DNA of 57,020 nucleotides, taken from assembly GCA_013115125.1 (NCBI GenBank), contig JABANN010000174.1, positions 1 through 57,020 on the forward strand. Reading direction: 5' to 3'. The notes below the pieces were generated by a model. The model had not been told where the DNA came from. It searched no databases and saw only the letters and a program-made list of their open reading frames with translations. Origin of the DNA: Perkinsus olseni. Taxonomy: Eukaryota. Of this stretch, positions 38,782 to 51,500 are shown piece after piece. A program made the position numbers and the translations under genes. Position 1 is the first letter of the stretch; every line of letters starts with the position of its first letter.

Positions 38782-40157
38782 TTAATAAGCCTTCGCAGTG
38801 GTTACGTGTAACGAGTCAACTATTCGGTACCGACCGTCATCCGTTTTGAACTTCAACGCTTTGAGCCTCGGAAGGACTCCTCGCCGAAGTCCTTCGAACA
38901 GTAGAGAGGCATCCTCAGGGAGGGTGGTCGCAGTGGTGGTGATAACCTGAGCAGAGTATGAATAGTTCGCGCGCCACGAAATTTCTACCCGGAGCTTAGA
39001 GTGTGGGGGTATCCGATGGGCTTGATAGAGCTTGGTGAGGATACCCAGAAAAGACACTCCGAGGTCAGTATGGACGACACCCCCTCCGCCGTAGAATTCA
39101 GCAGACTTCGTTAAATTGAGGGACCTGTAAGTCCACCACATGAAGAGATGATGACGGAAAGAGGATGAGGATCTTACAGGCAGTTCAGGGCCGGGAAGAT
39201 TCCTTCCGCAGTGAGCTTGATCGCGAGAAGCGAACCGACTGCGCCGAAGAAAGGCCCGCTAAGGGAGAGTCTGAAGGGGAGTGGAGATGGCGTAGTCGAG
39301 GAGAAGCCCGACTGTACCGTTCCAAGTGAGGGAGCGGCCCGGCTGTTGAGAGACTGTCGAGCAATGTAAATGATATCAGGCAGTCGCTGAGGCTCAGACT
39401 CGATAATCGTCGAGCGAAGGGTGACGGGCCGCACAGTAGGGCAGGCGGGAGGCCTGAGGGTGCCCGAATAATGACGAGAAGGCGAAGCGATGCACCAACC
39501 TTTGAGTTCGACTTCGGTCACGGTTGGCATGAACTCTATCCTCCGCTTTGCCATGGTCAGCTGGCATTGGCCTCTCACGGGGTGCCCCCAGGGGACGGCA
39601 CTGATACCCCTTAGGGTCGGGAAGGCGAACGATATTGCTTCCCAGATATCCAAGGTCGAACCGTGGCAAGACGTCCCGTTGTGGGAGATGAGAATCTTCT
39701 CGACTCGCGGCCATTCCTCAACGATCTCTATCGCCCTCACGATGGTGTCACAGCAGAAGCCTTTTAGATTGAGAATCTTCAATTTAGGCGTGAGGAAGCG
39801 TCCGAGGGTGGGGCAGAGGTCGAGCTTAGACTCACTACCGTACGAGGGTCGTATCGTAATACTCGTTAGTGATGGTAGTGTGCAGTAGTTGAAGTTGATA
39901 AGTTGGTCTTCCTGTACGGAGAGAGTCTGGAGGAGTTGGAGATCTTGCCAAGTCAGCGAGAGGTCGCTAGGGGAGTCCACGAGGTGAACCAGAGGCATCT
40001 GTTCGATCGGCTCTCCAAACGCTTCATACAGCGATGCTGCTTCTGATGATCGCAAGAAGGGGACCACCGCGAAGAGAGGTAGAGAGGCGGGATGGCGGAG
40101 GGGTACTGCCTCGCTGGGGAGGGGTGGCATCGGACGAAGAATAAAGGCTGATCGCAT
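38782..40157 (-). CDS. Leucine-rich-repeat-like hypothetical protein (2 exons)
   Basis: LxxLxxLxL-type segments (LQLLQTLSV, LPSLTSITI, PKLKILNL, FPALNCLSLNL, LPRLKALKF). Intron at ~39125-39177. Confidence 0.6.
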
Positions 40158-42016
40158 GTCTACATGAGCACGGTCCCGAAGGCGTCATCATTGGTGGCCG
40201 TAGTCACTTGTCCCTGTGAAGAGGGAGCTCCTCTTCCACACCCTAATACAAGCGGCACACAATGGTTGTGAAATCATCCGTCACGAATGGACAGGTCACC
40301 ATCAGCATCTCCATTAAGAGGTCGAAAAGTTCTAAACTTACATCCCAGTTCGCATGATCGGTCGGGTAATAACGTCTCATCTTCGCAGAATGCTGGACCT
40401 CGTCACCAGTGAAAGCGACAGAAATCAACTTGTGTTACGAAGTTTCAGGAAACTGCCAACTGTCGTATTCCATAAGAAAAAGACGCGGACACGAGGAGCG
40501 GTGAAGTGGCTAAACTCTCAGCTGGGGTTACAGTTGAGGTTCCCCTCCCCCCCCCCCTACCGGACCTGCAGTACCAACGAGCAGTTGTGGTAGAATGAGA
40601 TCGGGGCCCAGCACCACGAAGGGGCGTAGTAGAGTGAGCCGAGCGAGAAGAAAAAATGATACCGCCACTCTGGCTAGATACAGAATAAGTCAAGATCTAG
40701 CCTACCACTCCCTCGACCCCTCTCCACCCATTACCTGCTGATCATGCATCCCCGGCCAGGCGGAGCTTCTCGGCCCACACGGCGGCCCACAGCGAAGCCC
40801 TCCTGGGCCCTCTCTTGACATCCACTACTCTTTTCCTTACATAAAGACCTGAGTGGCATTCAAGATCATGGTGAGACCCGATAAGACCCCCTACGGGAAG
40901 GATGGTAACTGAGAGCATGAGGTAAGGGATATTCAGAAAGGTCCGGTGGACGCGGAAGAAGTTTCTCATGTTACGCGGCGGTCCTCACGACCAGCCATGA
41001 TGTTGTATGTCAGTGAGGGATGTTTCTCCTCAAGCACACTTAGCACTGCCGGCCAAGTGCTTTTTCATCGACATCAAAAATGACTTTTTTTGAGTGGAAA
41101 CGAAATTATACACATGGTAGATTATACGGATCACAAGTGAAACGTTCATCAACCTTAACCAGCCAAACAGCCAAACATCAAAAATGACTTGAGATAGTTT
41201 TGTCGTCGCCTCCCAACAACGCGACGGGCGACTGATCGGGCGAGCGATCATTGATCGGGCGAGCGGGCAGGACTGGGCGAGCGAGATTGTCATCCGCGCT
41301 CGAAGGAACAATTGGGAAGTGGGGGTGCTGAGGCTGATTACGAGGCGTTGAGTTCCTGAAGCCCACTTCAGGAGCCAATTAAAGTGCCCACTTTTCCAAG
41401 TCCAAGTGGAGGGAAAGTACCCCTTTCCAAACTTGGAGAAAAATAGTCTATTAAAGTGCAGCAATGTCCCAGGGGATATCTCCAGGTACTTGGATCCACG
41501 TGCAGGGTCTTGTTTCCAATCCAAGTGAACACTTCCACGAGAGCGCGGATTAAAGTGCGCGATTTCCATGTTCCCGAGGAGGGTCATTTTTCCACCAGTC
41601 GCGCGACTCCGAAGCGCAACCCGTTTTTTTCCAAGTGCACTCGTTACTTGATAGGGAGCAATAATTCTAGGCGGTGAAATAATTCTGTATTCTAGGGGTG
41701 AAATACAGAATCCCAGAATCGTTTCCAGGTATCAGGATTAGTTTAATAAACTGAACCGGTTCCTTAAGTTTTTGAACTGGAGGCGGGATTGTTGCTCGAC
41801 AATCGGTCATAACAGTGTACTGTAGTGTGAGAATCTCATCGTTGCGTGGGGGAATAGATGAGAGAGATTTATTTTGATGCTACATACGCGTGATAGCTGT
41901 TGCAGGGCATGCGCAAGATTATAGCGTGATCGATAGCGTCCACGCACGCGCGGGCGGGCGGTAAGAATGTTGAGGAGTCGTAATTCATCAGTCCATTCCG
42001 ACTTCCTCCATTCAAG

Positions 42017-42903
42017 ATGGCCCGCCGGGTGCTGTCCCGAATCTTTGGGTTCCAATCCGAGTCCCCGATCGAAATATTCTGTCGGTACGGAAAAGCTTCT
42101 CATACATGTTTTCTAGAGCGCGACGCGCTCCCTGTCTACGCGTTCGAATACGCCGTAGAATTCGCTGGCGATGTAGGCGCTGTACCGGTCTCAATGACGC
42201 GAGGGTGTACGCTGAGCCTTATCCCCAATACAGCCGAGCAAGGGGACGACTTCACGGAGCTGCAGAGGTTGAAGCCCGACTACTACACGCGTGACCAAAC
42301 ACTTATGGCGAGAGGACCGCCACGGATTTGTGAGCACAGTTTTGAGTATGCCAAGATAGAGAACGACGTGAGAGTGGTGGACCGAGATATCTACACCGGA
42401 CGATTCGACAGATTGGAGAAGCAAAAGGCGGATGGTATGAAAAAACTGTTTCTCGCTACAAGGTACCACTACTTCTCTCAAATCCCTCGGATGGGGATTC
42501 TCATCACGAACGGACAGACGTTGACGATATTCGATGGGGACATGAATAGAGATCCTGTCCCATTGAAATGGATGTCGAATGGAAATGCAATCGCCATCGA
42601 CAAGCATCGCTACGCCATTTTTATTCATTACTACATGTTGGTCATCAATGGGAAGACTCAGGAAACCACAGTTCTGCGCATGTAAGTTACCCCTCCAAGT
42701 TTTGTCCGGATCGAACTGCACCGACTCGGTGTCACCGAGAGAATGGCGTCAGCTTTATGCCATTTTCAGAAACGGCCACTTGCAGCATCCCAAGAGAAGA
42801 TTGTGAGTCATTGTTAACTCATGTTTTACGTGTCTTCATATTCATGATTCCGCAGATACTTCGAGAGCATGATAGCTGGGTAGGGGACAGGAGTGGCTCA
42901 TGA
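42017..42903 (+). CDS. Lineage-specific 'FCR' family protein, type A copy 1
   Basis: 222-aa first-exon ORF (EIFCRY...CFLE...YAFEY) paralogous to 45780. The conserved downstream segment suggests a second exon. Confidence 0.65.
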
Positions 42904-43417
42904 CTATTGCCATCGTTGCCATAACAGCATCCGAGATATTTCTTTTGTTGATGAAAATCACCGCCCTTGACGAATTCAATACACAATTCTGCATCATATT
43001 CTATACAAACTCGCCCGTTACGAGCCGAACAACCGCTGTATTTCACAAAATTCGACCCTCGTGCGTCGCGATTGTATCGGAGCATTCTCAGGCTCTCCCC
43101 TATTGAGAGATTCGGGGACGGTATGAGAGAATGTTGTCCTAGGTGGGAGTCCCTATTCTCGCTCGAGACCGCAGTTGTTTCCGTCTTATTTCAGCTACGG
43201 TAGTAGCTTGAAGTTCGACACGCGAGTTTGTACTCGTGTCCCATGCAGAGAGGAGAGTTAGACGAGCATAGACGGTGACTCACCGTCGGTGAGACAAGGT
43301 GATTATGTGATTTTCGATGTCGTTGTGCATTTACGTGTTATGATAATACTGTTATGTTCCGATCAAGGATAAGAGACGGCTCACTTGTTCCGAGATTGTG
43401 ACCTTGTTCTTGGGAAC

Positions 43418-44556
43418 ATGCATCAGCAGTCATTTCGCCCCCTCGTCTGCTTCCTGCTGATGCATGTGATACGGGGGAGCGGCCTAGGGTCGTATCACGA
43501 GCTCTTCTGCCGGTCGATCTATCCTGAAAACACCATCGCCGATGTGTGCTCTCTGGGCTTTGAGTACCACCCGCGTTATTATATGTTCACTCTTAATTGG
43601 GATGTTTCCGGTCGAGATGGTGACGAGGTTTTATCTAACTACACGGTGATCGAGAAGAGTTCGGATCGGCCGACCATGCTCTACTACCCTAGAGTGGCCC
43701 CAGATGATCCCTTCACCGCCGAAGGTGATATCATAATACCCGAAACATGTCCCATCACTGTGCTGGAGCAGGGAGACACAGCGAACTATATACTTGTTGA
43801 TGATACTCGTAGGCTAATCGGTTCGCGATCTGGATTGGAAGATATGATGTACCGGAAAGAGAACTTAAATCGGTCAAGGATGAGTGAAATCAGCAAGGAC
43901 AGGACACTGCATTACTATCAACCAGGACGTGAAGATACCGGTTTCATCGTCAAGGACGGCATTGTGACTGGGCTGGAGAGGTTCCGTGGGTCGATTGAAG
44001 AGGGCCCTCAATTCACGTGGCACGACAAGCTCCCACAAGCCTCGCTACCGAGGCTGGACGGTGGCACCAGCGTTGTCTTCTTCATACCGTATTATATGAT
44101 CCACACGATATTTGACATTGACGGGGAGGTTGATACCATCGAAGCTTACAAATGGTCAGTAGTTCTACCGTTACAATCATGCTTCATTGTCTTCAATGCT
44201 TTAGGGGTGGACCACGGCAGACAACCGAGTCAAACAAACCGTAGGGTTGCCGGAGTTCCAGCCTTTGGTATCATCCTCATCTGTTCAGGTTCTTCCTCAT
44301 ACCGATGCCACGGTAGGTATTACGACGACTTCCTGTTTCGGAAGTGTTTCTGATAGGTCAGCGGAAGGGTCAGTTCGAAATGTTGATCCCCCACCACCGA
44401 CGTAAATGATCGACAAGTTCTCCATGTTATGCCTGCATAGGTAAAATCAGGTACGAGGAAGCCATCAGAGATGGCCATCGTCATGATGACCACCGTCAGT
44501 CGCCGACCAGCCCCCGCTCTTCAAGACCAGCTCACAGAATAAGTACGCTAGTTTGA
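43418..44556 (+). CDS. Secreted 'FCR' family protein, type B copy 1
   Basis: Hydrophobic N-terminus then ELFCRSIYPEN...VC; paralog at 48229; probable last exon IRYEEAIR...STLV*. Confidence 0.65.
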
Positions 44557-45779
44557 GAGTTCCCAACCTCATAATTGGCATGAACAGGTCACCTGTTACA
44601 GGTGTATGCGCTTCATTTTGATGTGTTGTTGCTGGCGTGTGGTGTCGTGTAATAGTTCCACCGGGGAACTTTCACGAGTCAGTGACGCTGTATCACAGAT
44701 CAACTGTCTAAGACAGTCTGTCTTGTACCGATGGAACACTACCGCAGCGATCCACGGACACGAAGAGTATAATGGTCCATTATTAATGGATAAACTCAAC
44801 AAGAATGCCACTTGGAACGAAATAATGACAAATCATTTACCGTGCGTCCCATGATTATTGCGCATGTTGAGGAGGCTGTTAGCAGCTCATCATTAGCTGT
44901 GACCAGCATTCCAGTTACTGTAGCTGATCTCTGACAAGATGTCGTCGGCGGTCTCACCAACAAAATCGCAGTGAACTCTGCCGGTTTGGCAGGATGTGGA
45001 TTCAGATACGGGGCCAACATACTCTGTTGGACTCCCTGTTGCGCGAATAGTTCCCGCCGAACTGTTGCCTGTATCGTTTGTTGATAGCTGGGCGACCGCG
45101 AATCTCTGAGGGTCATATCTTTACGCTACACCATAGTGTGTTCTTTAACCATAGTAACGCCCTTTTCTTTTTAATATCTTCAACAAGGAGCTGCTACCAG
45201 TAAGGTGTCGCGGTACTGACTTGGATATCACTTAGGGGAAACTCAACAAGCGGATGTCTTGTGCCAGAATAAGCCAATACCACTACCCTGGGACAGAAGT
45301 AGTGTAACAATGCACTTCACTCTTCTCTCTACTTCACAGCACCGCCTGAGCATCTCGCTTGCCCAGACGATCGGTATTGGGCTCATCAGCTATATAAGGA
45401 CTGCGAGGGTTTGACCTCTCTCGGGACTTGACAAAACCCTTGGGGAGTGCTCGGGACATACTCAGGACCAACCAACCGAGTAGAGGAGCACCGGTAGTAG
45501 GCAATCTGCACCCACAACACAGGCCAAAGTGATAATTGGGCGAGCGACTCTCGGCGATGGCTGCTCGAGAAGTATCGACGGTGGAATTTCCAAATCGTGA
45601 CATCAGAAGCGGGAGGCGCCTTGGATATCAGTGATCTCCGTCTGAGGATCTCGGCTCAAGATTCTGGAGTAGAGCATTCTCCAGGTCAGAGAATCAATAT
45701 GCTGCACAAGGCGTAGGTTCGCTCACCTACATGAATTGACTGTTGATATTCCTGACAGGAATTTCCTGTTAGCTACACG

Positions 45780-46660
45780 ATGCCATTATTGGCCCCACTT
45801 CTCGGCTGCGGATCTCAGGACTCGGCATCCTCTTGCCTCGCAGGTCCTGGCGTCCCTCTCGTGTCCGAGATAGAAATCTTCTGTCGATACAATAAACAGT
45901 CCCACAGTTGCTTCGTCGAGAGCAACACGGACCCTGTCTACGCTTTCGAATACAACGTCGAACCCGGAGAGACCCCGGGAGATGTACCAGCACCGATCAC
46001 TCGAGGCTGTCGGCTGGGCTTGACTGACGGGATCGTAGAGCAAGGGGACGACTTCACGGAACTCCAGAGGCTGAAGCTCGACTACTACACGCGTGACCGA
46101 GTGCGTTTGGAGAGAGGACCGCCACGAATTTGTGAGCACAGTTTTGAGTATGCTAAGATAGAGAACGACGTGAGAGTGGTGGACCGAGATATTTACAATG
46201 GACGATACGACAGGATGGAAAAGCACAGAATGGAGGGATTCAAAAAAATCTTATTGGGCTCGCGGTATCATTACTTTTCTCAAACCCCACATCTCGAAAT
46301 TGTTATTCGGTAGGGCGAACAGTTCGATATCTATGATGATGGGAAACATTGACCTTTCCCTGTTAAGTGGATACCAACGGAGAAACTCGGAACATACAAG
46401 TTCGCTATCGACAAGAATCGCTTCGCCGTTTTTATTCACTACTACATGCTAGTCATCAACGTAGAAACCAAGGAGACTACAGTATTGCGTGTGTGAGGCG
46501 TCTTTTCAAGTGATTTGAGGGAATCACACATCTCTTCAGGAACGGCGTTTCGCAACATCCCAAACGAAGAATGTGAGTCGACTCGGCATTGCCTGTATGT
46601 TTTTATCATCCCCAATGCTCAGGTACTTCGACAATATCATGGCCGGGTGAGAACGATGTG
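45780..46660 (+). pseudogene. Type A copy 2 with two in-frame stops
   Basis: Homology to 42017 continues in frame past TAG (46311) and TGA (46350): FAIDKNRFAVFIHYYMLVINVETKETTVLRV. Confidence 0.75.
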
Positions 46661-46851
46661 AAAAGCCATTCTTCCGTGCTCCAGTTCACAACTGTCCTCC
46701 CCCAATGGAGGATCTCCATCCTCCATCCATTTTCCGCCTGGTGAGTTGCCAGAGGGAAAGTGGTCCAGATTGTCGCCTGAGTTCGTCCATGTGACCACGG
46801 TGGCTAAATCAGTAGTACTGATTCAGTACCGTGTGGGTGCTCGGACAGTTT

Positions 46852-47692
46852 CGTTCCGGGGCGGCGCTGATAACAGTGAATCCTGAAAAGGGTGAATCGG
46901 AAAAAATCGCTCACGTGGCCTGTGAACAGTGAATGCACAAGCGCGCGCCTGGAAAGTCCGCGACCCGTGAAGTAGAACGATGATATGATGAATTCGTATT
47001 AGGGATCTGGCGTAATGGTTAGGGCTCAAGTATAGTCAACGGTGGATTGTGGGTTCTATTCCACCCTATTCATTTTCTCGGTTTGTCGGATGACTCACGC
47101 AATTGAGGAGTTTGAGTACTACCCTCGAGTCGATAATGTGCAGGCAGACACCAAGTGCACTGGGGCGATCCGCAGTCACTATGGGAGAGAAAACCAAACT
47201 ACATTAGGGTTCAACGAATGAACCTTCCACGAAATTCTTTTTGGTCAAGCGGATAAGCGTCGCTGCTGGCATCTGTAAGACCCAGGTTCAAATCCCGCTA
47301 ATGGCGCGGAGACATCGTGATGGGGGACTCGCGCGCGGAGCGCGCGGGCTTGTATGTATTGACATGCCTTTCGCGAGCGGCTCGCGAAAGGCATGTCAAT
47401 ACAAGCCAGAGCAGAAAAATGTTAGAAATCCTGCGCTGGGATTTGAACTCGCCGCCATACTGTCATTATGCACGGGACTCAACGCCATGGCGAGTGGTCT
47501 AGTGAAGAGAGCCGAAACTTTCGGTCCGAAAGCGAGCGGGTCTACATGAACATGTAAAAATGGCGAGCGCACTTGGCGTTCACCGTTTTTAGGCTTTCAC
47601 CGGTTTTAATGAGCGATATTGTAACAAAGTCGGATTAACTAACACTTCACCATTATCAGGATTCGCTGTTATCAGTCGCACCGTTCCGGAAC
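46852..47692. mobile_element. Degenerate non-autonomous TIR (MITE-like) element
   Basis: Left end gttccgg...ctgataacagtgaatcctgaaaagggtgaa; right end reverse complement gttccgg...ctgataacagcgaatcctgataatggtgaa. No ORF with transposase motifs. Absent from the paralogous A-B spacer. Confidence 0.6.
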
Positions 47693-48228
47693 TTCTGGAG
47701 CAGAACTTTCACGATGAAACCGTTTCATTGAAACGCATATGATAAACGGACTGCACTCAGCACACTGTACGGTACGGTGTACTGTAGTACCGTATCGACA
47801 CAACGGTACAGTCCGTACCAATTACAGTAATGGAGTCACGTTTTCAGGCTCTCATCTATGCAAAGTGTTGGAGAAGAAATGAGAGAATGTTGCCCTGTGT
47901 AGGAACGGTCACTTTTGATTTAACCCACGGTCGCCTGTATCAGTTACGATGCCGCCATGCAATTCGATAGGCAATCCTGCAATCGTGCCGTATGCACAGA
48001 AAGCAGAGGCACAAGTGTATAGCCAATAAACGTAATGATGTGACTCAATCATCATAATTTATGATGGTGTACATGCCACGAAGTAAACGCTTGTTATGTT
48101 CTCATGGAGGCCTCATGACTATTGCTGGGACTCCCATCGCGGCATAACGCCCGCGGGAGTTCCTACGAGTTCAACTTCACTCGCACGGCCCGTAGTTCTT
48201 GAGTCCAACTCTCGGTACTCTCGCTTGC

Positions 48229-49700
48229 ATGCCTCGGCAGCTCCCCTCCATCTGCTATGGGCTGATACATATAGTCTGGTATGGTCTGGGCCTACCTACC
48301 ATTAACGGGACCGGCATAGAATCGATTTATCCAGTGCTTTTCTGCCGTCCGATCTATCCCGAAAACGCCGTCACCGATGTGTGTCTTCTGGCCTTTTGGT
48401 ACCACCCGCGTTACTATATGTTCACTCTCAATTGGGCTGTTTTCGACCGAGATGGTGACGAGGTTTTATCCAACTACACCGTTATCGAGAAGAAATCGAA
48501 CATAACCCGCCGCCCCAGGGTGGCATCAGATGATCCCTTCACCACGGAAGGTGATATCATAATACCCGAAACATGTCCCATCACTGTGCTGGAGCAGGGA
48601 GACACAGCGAACTATATACTTGTTGATGATACTCGTAGGCTAATCGGTTCGCGATCTGGATTGGAAGAAATGATGTACCGGAAAGAGAACTCAAATCGGT
48701 CAAGGATGAGTGAAATCAGCAAGGACAGGACACTGCATTACTATCAACCAGGACGTGAAGATGTCGGTTTCATCGTCAAGGACGGCATTGTGACTGAGTT
48801 GGAGAGGTTTGACGGATCGATTGAAGAGGGCGCTGAGTTCACGTGGCACGACAAGCTCCCACAAGCCTCGCTACCGAGGCTGGACGGCGACATCAGCATG
48901 GTCTTTGTAGTGAACCGCCTTTTCAATGATTGCCTACTGTAATACGTTATTGTGGCCGATCTGTCCCCATGGCCTGTATAGGGCAATGATATCTTAGCAC
49001 TCTCTGTGTATTGTCTCTAGCGTGAGGCTAGTAGTTACTATTGATACCCACGTTGTAATGTATGGCTTATTTAAGAAGTATCGAGAGTTTAACCCATTTC
49101 CCCTATGTCACAGTTTCCGTCGAGTTCTAAGGGTGGCGAGCTTCCTGCTGTCTCTAGTGAACGGTTTGGTCAAGCCGGGAACACTACACTTATACCGAAC
49201 ATGTAGCCGGGAACACATACCGTATTATATGATCCACATTATAAGAAGTGAAGAGGGAGAGATGATCAAACTGGAGGCCTATAAATGGTTAGGGATGGAC
49301 ACTGCCATACCATACATGGTCTCCGATGTTTCAGGGGTGGACCACGACAGACTCTCAAATGGGCCAATCCATAAGACCTCCGCTCGCAAGTTCTGCATCA
49401 CCATTGCCTGTTTAGGTTGTTCCCAACGCCAAAATTTCGGTAATGACTTTGATTTCTAGAGAAGACCTTTTATATGACTTTTGAGTATCTTTTTCGTAGG
49501 TCGGCGAGCAGACCTCGCGGGAGTGATGATCTCGGGAATCCACCGCCCAGGTGAGTGGAATCCACTCAGTGGATAACACGCTCGCACTATGCACACCATC
49601 ATCATCTCAGTTACGAGGAAACCATGAGCCGCGATTCCCTACCTAGTACCGCACTTCAGCGAGAAAGAAGAGAACGATCACCGAATCGCTCTCGTCCTAC
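48229..49700 (+). CDS. Secreted 'FCR' family protein, type B copy 2 (interrupted by ~310-bp insert, possibly a pseudogene)
   Basis: Near-identical to 43418 up to 48906; homology resumes at ~49217 (IPYYMIH...EAYKW). Confidence 0.55.
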
Positions 49701-50116
49701 TCATTCGACTCAAAAGCGAGTGACAGTGGTTTGAGACCCTCATGTGAATGATGATGAACAGATGCTTGTTTGATATCTTGCTGTCCTTGTTCTTGCACAA
49801 TGCCATTTAGTTTTGTCATTCCCGGGTGACTCACAGGGCGAATAACCCTGGGTGATTGAGATGGCATACTCAGTATGCGCAGATGATAGAAGTACATGAT
49901 AATCTTCAGACTAACTGAAAACTAGATGCCTAGTACTACTAGGCTGGTTGACATCACTCGTGACACGAAATTCGTGTATATGAAGTTATCGTCGAGGCAA
50001 CTGACTCCCGCTCACAACTCCACCGACCTGTTCGACCTGTTCACGACCTGCGCATCACCGGAAACGTCCATGTCGTTACTGGGAGAATCGTGAGTCTCTC
50101 TTCAGTTCACGTTGGA

Positions 50117-51500
50117 ATGTCTCCTCGAATGTTGATGCTCGTCTCCTTGGCCGTCCTCAGCGTCAATACAGTACTCGCTGCCTACCCTCATTACAATATC
50201 TACTGCAGGGAAGGCAGAGGGGCGTTCATAACTGAGTCACTCAGTTAGACTGAATACACTCAGTCTGAGTGTATTCTAGAGAAAGATCGTCATCCGATTC
50301 GCGCTTTCTCACCTATGAGGTTGTGCGCGACTCCGGCGATGTTTACGCCACCTTAACCGACTATTGCGGGTTAAGCGAGCAGAAAAGGGCCCTTATATTT
50401 CCTTCTGATTGCAACCTCCATCATGCGCCAAGTGGCGGCGGTTCCTACTTGCACGAACAGTACCGTGAGAGGAGGGTGATAGGCTGGCAAAACGAAAGGC
50501 CTTATAGGAAAAAGCTCGAGAGGTCTCGCCAAGATATTAAGGGTGAAGCCGAGGCACAGGGGCTCAGATATATGTCGTTCTCACCAACTGCTGATCTCGA
50601 CGTTTCTAGAGAAGGAGAATTCACTTGGTCGAGATCAAATCGCACCGCTAAGAGCGCAAAATGGCTGTTCGACGAACAGTGTTCGTGGAGAGGTATGATG
50701 TCTTCAAACTGCCGAGCGGCCGCATCGGTTTCTTCGCTGATGATATCGCCGTGATTGTAGCACAGGATGATCATTATGTCCTACGCAAGTAAGCTCAGCT
50801 CACTATGCTGGACTATTTCATACTGTATGGTACAGTCTGTGTCATCCCTCCCTCAGGCTCCCCTCTTGGTTCAACCCTCAACGGGCTCGGTACGTCTGGA
50901 ATGCCTGATGAACCATTCTACTGGCAGTAGATAATTCCTTTCTCAGAGTCCCTCGTTGGCTGACATCCGCCCGACGAGCTAGGTAGGTCGGAACTGCCGC
51001 TGTGCCGGTCTCTCGAATCTTCTCCCTGTTCCTCGCGTATTCTGCCCTCATCAAAGGCGCCCGTGCACATCAGCGAACCACATTTAGCGAGAAAGTGATG
51101 TTGACTTGTTTTCAGGAATACCCCGAGTTCTGTTCGTCGACTTGATTGAGGACCACCGGCGTATTCTGATTCGGTATACTCTCAGGGTGCCACGTGAGCC
51201 TACATTGCCTCTGCTGCTCCCCCCCGCCCACTACTTGGTCGTCACTACGACTCGTAGCCTGCGACCTCCACCTGCTCCGATGGGATAGTGCCCGTGGAAA
51301 TGTTCCTTTTGTGCTTTCAGAAGTTTTGATGAGTCATCAATCACCGGGTAGCGAACTACCCGGCCCCCGACGCTTCCTTATTTTACGATGTCCATGACGG
51401 CGGCCCGACAAGGTGGGCACCGCAGAAGGCCAGCTCCCGTTCGGATCCTTTAATCTCAGTTATAAGCAGGCAACGAGGACGGGATCTCCTTGAGTAAAGC
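50117..51500 (+). pseudogene. Secreted 'FCR' family type C copy 1, disrupted
   Basis: Signal peptide MSPRMLMLVSLAVLSVNTVLA then YNIYCR. A 33-nt insert with TAG and a 2-nt insertion at ~50308 break homology to 52734. Confidence 0.65.

Noticed and set aside
41030-41587. 185-aa minus-strand ORF
   Set aside because: Made of short DNA motif repeats with no protein-like features; likely non-coding.
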